Virus record (IMG/VR): IMGVR_UViG_3300022821_000550 | Coordinates: 1-11,118 of that record | DNA length: 11,118 bases | Origin: a virus | Strand: one strand, 5' to 3' | Shown: in pieces, positions 7,026-11,118 of the stretch | Position numbering within the stretch: position 1 is the stretch's first letter | Layout of the letters: each line of letters begins with the position of its first letter | Notes under the pieces: model-generated | What the model was told of the DNA's origin: nothing | Seen by the model: the letters and a program-made list of their open reading frames with translations, nothing else | Database searches by the model: none | Program-made: the position numbers and the translations under genes

Positions 7026-8123
7026 TTAGATACCTCCTTCATTTGCAAAGCTTGGTACTAACTTGCTTGACTGGTTTAAGTCTTGCTCTTCACTACCATC
7101 TTTTCTATCATCACTTAACAAATTGTTTTGTAAGCTTGCAGGGAATTCTAAGTTAATCTCTAACTGAACTTGTGCTAGTATTTGTTCTTCAATGTATAGT
7201 TGTTCTTCTTCAATTGTCTGTTCAAAAGCTAGATATGATATCTGTGCTGCTGACTGAGTTAGTTCTTGTGAGCCACCAATGATTATTTGTGGTACACCAA
7301 CTGCTTGATAGAAGTATTGGTTAAGTAATTGAATCCAAGGCATTGGATTAAGACTTGAGTTACTTGGCACTGACGCCAGTTCAGTCTCTACTGAGCCTTT
7401 TGGAATAAATATATCTTCTCCTTCTCCTTTACTTGCTGCTACTTTAGCTTTGAAAGTATTAATCTTAGTTGGAACGTCTGTGTCTAGTTTCCAAATTCTT
7501 ACAGGATATATATTTCTATGTAAGAGCTTCTTATAATCAGCCATTGCTTCATTACGTGCTAAGATTATCCATTCTACTGATTCTATAATAGATACGCCAT
7601 GTATTTCATCAGCTATTCTATTTCTACAAAGATGTAAAATCTTCTCTGGATTGAATTTAATACTACCACTCTTTGCTTTTTGTTCATATCTCTTAATAAT
7701 ACCTTTGGAGTCTACTATAACTTTAATAGTACCAGGGTCTATTGGTTTGATATTAATCAGTGTTTCACCATCTTTTATGATTTCAGCAAAAGCGTCACCA
7801 TAAATATGATATTCTCTAATCAAGTTTTCTAAAATACTATTGAATGAATCTTTTCCAAAACCAGTCATAGTATCTATGGTTAAACCTGTAACCTCATCTG
7901 TTGAAATACCTTTACCAATTGTCCAAGTTGCTTTTGCATCTATAGCCATTTTAAGTTCAGGTACTGATTTGTAATATCCTAAGTACTGTGCTGCATTAGC
8001 GTTCTGATATTCTGTTTCTTTATCTCCAGTAGCTGCGTCAGTTGTCTGACTAGACACTGAGAAATCAGTAATAACAGATGCTTGTGCTCCAGTCTTTGTG
8101 GAATCTATTTCTGTGTATGCCAT
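7026..8123 (-). CDS. Portal protein (365 aa)
   Basis: AAGGAGA lies 9 nt upstream of the ATG. The sequence has HK97-type portal character: Y..S.....AI..KA....G.G, GDAFAEII, ILHLC..R.ADE.HG.S, an acidic helical C-terminal part, and GVPQII.GG. The position in the head module supports the call. Confidence 0.8.
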   Translation of the reverse strand: MAYTEIDSTKTGAQASVITDFSVSSQTTDAATGDKETEYQNANAAQYLGYYKSVPELKMAIDAKATWTIGKGISTDEVTGLTIDTMTGFGKDSFNSILENLIREYHIYGDAFAEIIKDGETLINIKPIDPGTIKVIVDSKGIIKRYEQKAKSGSIKFNPEKILHLCRNRIADEIHGVSIIESVEWIILARNEAMADYKKLLHRNIYPVRIWKLDTDVPTKINTFKAKVAASKGEGEDIFIPKGSVETELASVPSNSSLNPMPWIQLLNQYFYQAVGVPQIIIGGSQELTQSAAQISYLAFEQTIEEEQLYIEEQILAQVQLEINLEFPASLQNNLLSDDRKDGSEEQDLNQSSKLVPSFANEGGI

Positions 8124-8136
8124 TTTTTATTTCTCC

Positions 8137-8511
8137 TTATTCTTCCCAACCAATTATAGTTACATCATAATGAGCACCACTTGCTGGTGATAGGAAAATT
8201 CCTATATCAAACTGTAACGGTGTTGTAAAATTAACAATATTATTAATATCATCTGATGCTGAATTACCAATAAACTTGATTGTGCCTGCTGTACTTGTTC
8301 CATCATAGAACGTTTCAGTATTTGGTGAACCACCAAGACATGTATACATAATTGAAGTAACGTACAATGTTCTTCCAGTTGTAACTGTATATATTGAAAC
8401 AGCTTGAACATCACTAGCAGTAGTATCTACTTGAGTACTACCAGATTGTTGCCATCTTGGTTTCAAGCTATCTTCACTATCACCAAATATTGAATCTACA
8501 GTAAGTGCCAT
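8137..8511 (-). CDS. Hypothetical beta-rich structural protein (124 aa)
   Basis: The ATG directly abuts the TAG stop of the upstream gene, with GAGAGGT 7 nt upstream. The sequence is Ser/Thr/Gly-rich and probably all-beta. No motif was recognised. Confidence 0.65.
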   Translation of the reverse strand: MALTVDSIFGDSEDSLKPRWQQSGSTQVDTTASDVQAVSIYTVTTGRTLYVTSIMYTCLGGSPNTETFYDGTSTAGTIKFIGNSASDDINNIVNFTTPLQFDIGIFLSPASGAHYDVTIIGWEE

Positions 8512-8880
8512 CTAAGCAACCTCTCTAATAAAGTCTGAAACTTTCTTATCTCTAAGTATTTGTAAGTCTCTAAGATATGCATCTCTAAGAATGTTAATCA
8601 TATCTTCTGCTTCAATACGTGAAGTATAACCACTCATGTCATATTGAATAACATAAATTGCTGCTATACATGTTGCACATTCTTTTAATATGCCTTTTGT
8701 ATCATCATTAAGTGTTGAGTAAACATCACTAAAGTTAAATCTACATACTGAGTTAATATAACTCTCTGCCTCTGTCATGTATTGATTAACGTAAGCTTCT
8801 GCTTTACTTGTTGCGCTAGCTCCTGTGCCAGCTTTTCTTTCTACTTCTGCTGTTGTCGCAAAAATACCTGTATCTGCCAT
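8512..8880 (-). CDS. gp6-like head-tail connector (adaptor) protein (122 aa)
   Basis: The N-terminal region ATTAEVERKAG...SKAEAYVNQYMTEAESYINSVCRFNF and the helical remainder resemble HK97 gp6 / SPP1 gp15-type adaptors. A GAGGT RBS lies within the end of terL. Confidence 0.5.
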   Translation of the reverse strand: MADTGIFATTAEVERKAGTGASATSKAEAYVNQYMTEAESYINSVCRFNFSDVYSTLNDDTKGILKECATCIAAIYVIQYDMSGYTSRIEAEDMINILRDAYLRDLQILRDKKVSDFIREVA

Positions 8881-8882
8881 TT

Positions 8883-10202
8883 TTATTCTACCTCATAATA
8901 TAAGTTTAAACTCTTATCTCTAACACTCCACGCTGCACGGATAATTCCCTCAGCTATATGAGTATATCTACCATGAATTCTTACTTCATTAGTATTTCTG
9001 TTAGTTTCATATATAATAGACTTAAGACTAGCAAAAATATCAGTGTCTTTTAGAAACTGAATCTCTTTACGTTCCATCATTTTAAGTAAATTAATATATA
9101 AGTCTTCTTTTAAAAGCTTTCTTTTTCTGCTTGAGTCAACATCAATAGCCCTTCTTGCGTTATTGATGGCAACTACTTTTCTTTTAGTTTGTTCATGTAT
9201 AAGTAACTGGTCAAAGACTGCTACGCCTAAACCACCATCATCAATATACATCTTTTTGAAATCATACTCTAAATCTAATTCTAATATCTTATCAATTGTA
9301 TCAGTTGTTAACGTGTACTTGTGTACAATATTATCTCTTTGGAGATAATTATCTCCTTTTCTTTGAAATATCTCAAATGTAGTCTCATCACCACCCATTC
9401 TGGCAACGTCTACACCCAAATAATACTCTCCAGCTGGTGTGGAGGAAGAAACCCTCTGGAGAGTTTGGGATGATTCTATAAGCTCATCAGGAAATAGTTG
9501 TCCTAGTTCCTCTAAAAACTGTGCTAAATATTGTTGTGAATATTGAAATTCAGTCATACGTGTCTTCTCACGTGCTAGATGTTGCATCATCATAGCTCTC
9601 TGAGGCTCTGGTCTTTCTTCAGCAACCTGTTCAGAGTTCACATGAAACGTCTTAAAGCCCATACTTGTATCAGTATAAGCTTCATAGAAGTAACCTTGAG
9701 CTGCATTTGGTGTGCTTAATAACCATAGCTTACCACCAGTTGTTAATAACATTGGAGTAATACTTGACCAAATAGCCTCTGGAAGATATGCTGCTTCATC
9801 AGGGATAATAATATCCACTGTCATACCAAGAACTCCAAGACCATATTGACCTACTGCTTTAGTAACAATACTACTACCATTGTTAGTAAATACTTTATGT
9901 TTAGTTGGCTTCTTAAGCCCTTTCATAATATAAGATTTATAATTGTCAAATAAATATAACATAATCTTCTGCAACATTCTCTCTGCTTGGTCTTCTGTTA
10001 CAGAAATAATAAGAACGTGCTTGTTTTTGTTATTAATAATATACTCAGCAGCCTTAATAGCTACTATCTGACTCTTTCCTACCTGTCTACCAGAGCAAAT
10101 GCATAGATTACCCTCTGCTACCAGTACTTCTTTCTGCCATTTGTCCAGAGTGAAGCCATAGTTGGGTTCTTTGCTTGGTTGTTTAGTAGATTTTTTAGTC
10201 AT
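8883..10202 (-). CDS. terL: Terminase large subunit (439 aa)
   Basis: The ATPase domain shows Walker A SGRQVGKS (aa 37-44), Walker B VDIIIPDEAAY and the coupling motif LLSTP. The RNase H-like nuclease domain shows YLGVDVARMGGDETTF and YIDDGGLG. No Shine-Dalgarno sequence precedes the ATG (CACTCAAAAATTATAAAAA-ATG). Confidence 0.9.
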   Translation of the reverse strand: MTKKSTKQPSKEPNYGFTLDKWQKEVLVAEGNLCICSGRQVGKSQIVAIKAAEYIINNKNKHVLIISVTEDQAERMLQKIMLYLFDNYKSYIMKGLKKPTKHKVFTNNGSSIVTKAVGQYGLGVLGMTVDIIIPDEAAYLPEAIWSSITPMLLTTGGKLWLLSTPNAAQGYFYEAYTDTSMGFKTFHVNSEQVAEERPEPQRAMMMQHLAREKTRMTEFQYSQQYLAQFLEELGQLFPDELIESSQTLQRVSSSTPAGEYYLGVDVARMGGDETTFEIFQRKGDNYLQRDNIVHKYTLTTDTIDKILELDLEYDFKKMYIDDGGLGVAVFDQLLIHEQTKRKVVAINNARRAIDVDSSRKRKLLKEDLYINLLKMMERKEIQFLKDTDIFASLKSIIYETNRNTNEVRIHGRYTHIAEGIIRAAWSVRDKSLNLYYEVE

Positions 10203-10306
10203 TTTTTATAATTTTTGAGTGTAAGATGTTACTCATTATACTCTTAACTCTTCAAAAGCGCATCAACGCAGTTGTATTTGTTGTGTTACTACCACCCTAT
10301 CCACCT

Positions 10307-10338
10307 ATTGCATAGCTGGTACAGCCATTGCATAGCTG
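10307..10338. repeat. Two exact 12-nt direct repeats ATTGCATAGCTG spaced 20 bp start to start
   Basis: The copies are at 10307-10318 and 10327-10338, and each is preceded by CC(T). A TTGCAT half-copy recurs at 10376-10381. Confidence 0.85.
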
Positions 10339-10345
10339 TTGAGTA

Positions 10346-10373
10346 TGAGTAACAAGTAAATAAGTGTTACTCA
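10346..10373. repeat. Perfect 9-bp-arm inverted repeat TGAGTAACA / TGTTACTCA with a 10-nt spacer
   Basis: The arms are at 10346-10354 and 10365-10373. The same 9-mer TGTTACTCA also occurs at 10227-10235, giving three copies in total (two direct, one inverted). Confidence 0.85.
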
Positions 10374-10545
10374 GTTTGCATTCCATAAAGGGCATACATA
10401 TGATGTTACCAAGCGTGCAACTTTACTATGTAAAGTTGAATGTTTGTATGCATTTAAATAGTTATGTATTTTATGTGAATGACAAACCATTATCACCATT
10501 AACTTAATATATCTCTTAGTACTCTTATTAGTATGTGTGCGCTTT

Positions 10546-10725
10546 TTACTGCACATTCTCCTCTGACCACTCACCAGTCCATCTGTTCTTGTTCTTATAT
10601 GTGTCAAACTTCTTAGCATAGTTACCAGCTATCTTGTTATTCTTTGTTTGAAAACACTCTCTACAAGTATGACCACAGCAAGGTTCTTGACAAACCCTGC
10701 ATAATCTATCTTTTGGTCTACTCAT
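10546..10725 (-). CDS. Cys-rich zinc-ribbon-like small protein (59 aa), missing from the ORF track
   Basis: Hand translation gives MSRPKDRLCRVCQEPCCGHTCRECFQTKNNKIAGNYAKKFDTYKNKNRWTGEWSEENVQ. It has a CxxC-x3-CC-x-H-x-C-xx-C cluster followed by a basic tail. Its ATG overlaps the end of the upstream ORF (GATGAGTAG), and AGGAGTG lies upstream. Confidence 0.6.
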   Translation of the reverse strand: MSRPKDRLCRVCQEPCCGHTCRECFQTKNNKIAGNYAKKFDTYKNKNRWTGEWSEENVQ

Positions 10726-10864
10726 CTTCTAAGTCACTCCTATCATAGATTGGTATCAAGTTTACATATGTTCCAACTGCTAAGTTAGCGCCTTTTGGAA
10801 TTGTTATCAGTAAATTATCATCTCTATGTTTATTCTTCTGTAATCTTACTCTTGCTATAATCAT
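10718..10864 (-). CDS. AbrB/MazE/SpoVT-like swapped-hairpin DNA-binding protein (48 aa), missing from the ORF track
   Basis: Hand translation gives MIIARVRLQKNKHRDDNLLITIPKGANLAVGTYVNLIPIYDRSDLEDE. The ITIPK...VG..V.L pattern resembles the AbrB-type looped-hinge-helix fold. AGGAGGT lies 8 nt upstream of the ATG. The gene shares an ATGA start/stop overlap with the upstream micro-ORF. Confidence 0.55.
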   Translation of the reverse strand: MIIARVRLQKNKHRDDNLLITIPKGANLAVGTYVNLIPIYDRSDLEDE

Positions 10865-10956
10865 TTGTTCTTACCTCCTATCATTAATATAATCTCATCT
10901 AGTTTGTCACAAGTTCTTTGTATCTTCTTCTCCAACTCTATTAATTCTGCTTTCAT
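10861..10956 (-). CDS. Micro-ORF, 31 aa helical peptide (alternative in-frame ATG at 10980 gives 39 aa)
   Basis: Hand translation gives MKAELIELEKKIQRTCDKLDEIILMIGGKNK. GAGGAATAAA lies upstream of the ATG. Its TGA overlaps the ATG of the AbrB-like ORF. The ORF is short, so the coding status is uncertain. Confidence 0.4.
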   Translation of the reverse strand: MKAELIELEKKIQRTCDKLDEIILMIGGKNK

Positions 10957-11036
10957 TTTATTCCTCTTACTAGCTTCCATACTGTGCTTACAATATATAA
11001 TATAAGTGCTGTGTTTATTAATACTTCATTCATCAT
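10953..11036 (-). CDS. Possible 27-aa hydrophobic micro-protein spanning the circular junction
   Basis: Hand translation gives MMNEVLINTALILYIVSTVWKLVRGIK. The ATG follows the nuclease TAA by 1 nt, with GGGGT upstream. The TGA overlaps the ATG at 10956 in an ATGA arrangement. This ORF is mutually exclusive with the 39-aa extension of the next ORF. It is very short, so this is speculative. Confidence 0.25.
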   Translation of the reverse strand: MMNEVLINTALILYIVSTVWKLVRGIK

Positions 11037-11118
11037 CTTAGTTACCCCACATTAGTGTGACTGGTATCATATCCATTGGTGATACCACATAGTCTTGACG
11101 TGTTCCACGCTTAACTAT
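10992..11118. repeat. Right copy of the exact 127-nt terminal duplication (circular-closure overlap or direct terminal repeat)
   Basis: Identical to 1..127. It contains the 3' end of the nuclease gene and the start of the 27-aa micro-ORF, so the coding sequence continues across the junction. Confidence 0.95.
11038..11118 (-). CDS. 3' fragment of the PD-(D/E)XK nuclease gene (duplicate of 47..127 within the terminal overlap)
   Basis: It lies inside the exact 127-nt duplication. It is the same gene as 47..523 seen a second time, not an independent locus. Confidence 0.8.
   Translation of the reverse strand: MVKRGTRQDYVVSPMDMIPVTLMWGN

Larger units (their letters stand above)
10203..10545 (-). 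promoter_or_regulatory. 343-nt non-coding region immediately upstream of terL; candidate late promoter plus pac, ori or operator repeats
   Basis: No credible ORF is present. A perfect minus-strand TATAAT lies at 10240..10235, 33-38 nt upstream of the terL ATG, but without a well-spaced -35 box. The motif RTGTTACY occurs at 10226-10233, 10283-10290, 10364-10371 and 10403-10410. The region also contains a palindrome and 12-nt direct repeats, listed separately. Confidence 0.5.

Noticed and set aside
1209-9348. Other plus-strand track ORFs (1209..1466, 1985..2179, 2393..2575, 3199..3420, 3503..3829, 3956..4153, 5413..5694, 6805..7005, 9163..9348)
   Set aside because: All lie mostly or entirely antisense to well-supported minus-strand genes. 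They have hydrophobic, low-complexity translations and lack convincing RBS context. They are shadow ORFs typical of AT-rich genomes coded on one strand.
10307-10338. Possible CRISPR-like array from the 12-nt direct repeats
   Set aside because: There are only two copies, the repeats are 12 nt long and the spacer is 8 nt. This is far too short and too few for CRISPR, and is better explained as a protein-binding site pair.
10371-10619. Minus-strand 82-aa ORF upstream of terL
   Set aside because: It overlaps the zinc-ribbon ORF in another frame and has no RBS. Its His/Arg/Cys/Thr-rich translation looks atypical, and it runs through the palindrome and repeat region.
10546-10864. AbrB/MazE-like protein plus the downstream Cys-rich protein as a toxin-antitoxin pair
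   Set aside because: The gene order and overlap fit a type II TA module. However, the downstream protein resembles no toxin family I recognise and looks like a zinc-ribbon DNA or RNA binder. It is kept only as a minor alternative under the micro-ORF finding.

Overview
The first 127 nt (1..127) are identical to the last 127 nt (10992..11118), so the window closes into a unique unit of about 10,991 bp. This is most simply a complete circular or terminally redundant genome. Every credible gene is on the minus strand, tightly packed, often with overlapping stop/start codons and strong Shine-Dalgarno sites. The content is a miniature tailed-phage-like head and packaging module: large terminase, gp6-like head-tail adaptor, portal, a 527-aa Gly/Ala-rich protein with two hydrophobic segments, a short coiled-coil scaffold-like protein, a DUF2190-like decoration protein and an HK97-like major capsid protein. 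After these come a 632-aa collagen-like (GXY x41) fibre and a 184-aa internally duplicated beta-rich protein. The only other recognisable functions are a PD-(D/E)XK-type nuclease and a chain of four overlapping micro-ORFs (27-59 aa). Two of these micro-ORFs are an AbrB/MazE-like swapped-hairpin protein and a Cys-rich zinc-ribbon-like protein. I see no DNA polymerase, primase, helicase, Rep, integrase, small terminase, tail tube, tape measure or endolysin, and no tRNA or CRISPR. Only two sizeable non-coding regions exist (539..892 and 10203..10545), and both carry repeats and inverted repeats. They are the best candidates for ori, pac and promoter functions. All functional calls come from reading motifs by eye and no database search was possible. 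Several ORF-track starts are TTG artefacts and were moved to downstream ATGs that have Shine-Dalgarno sites.
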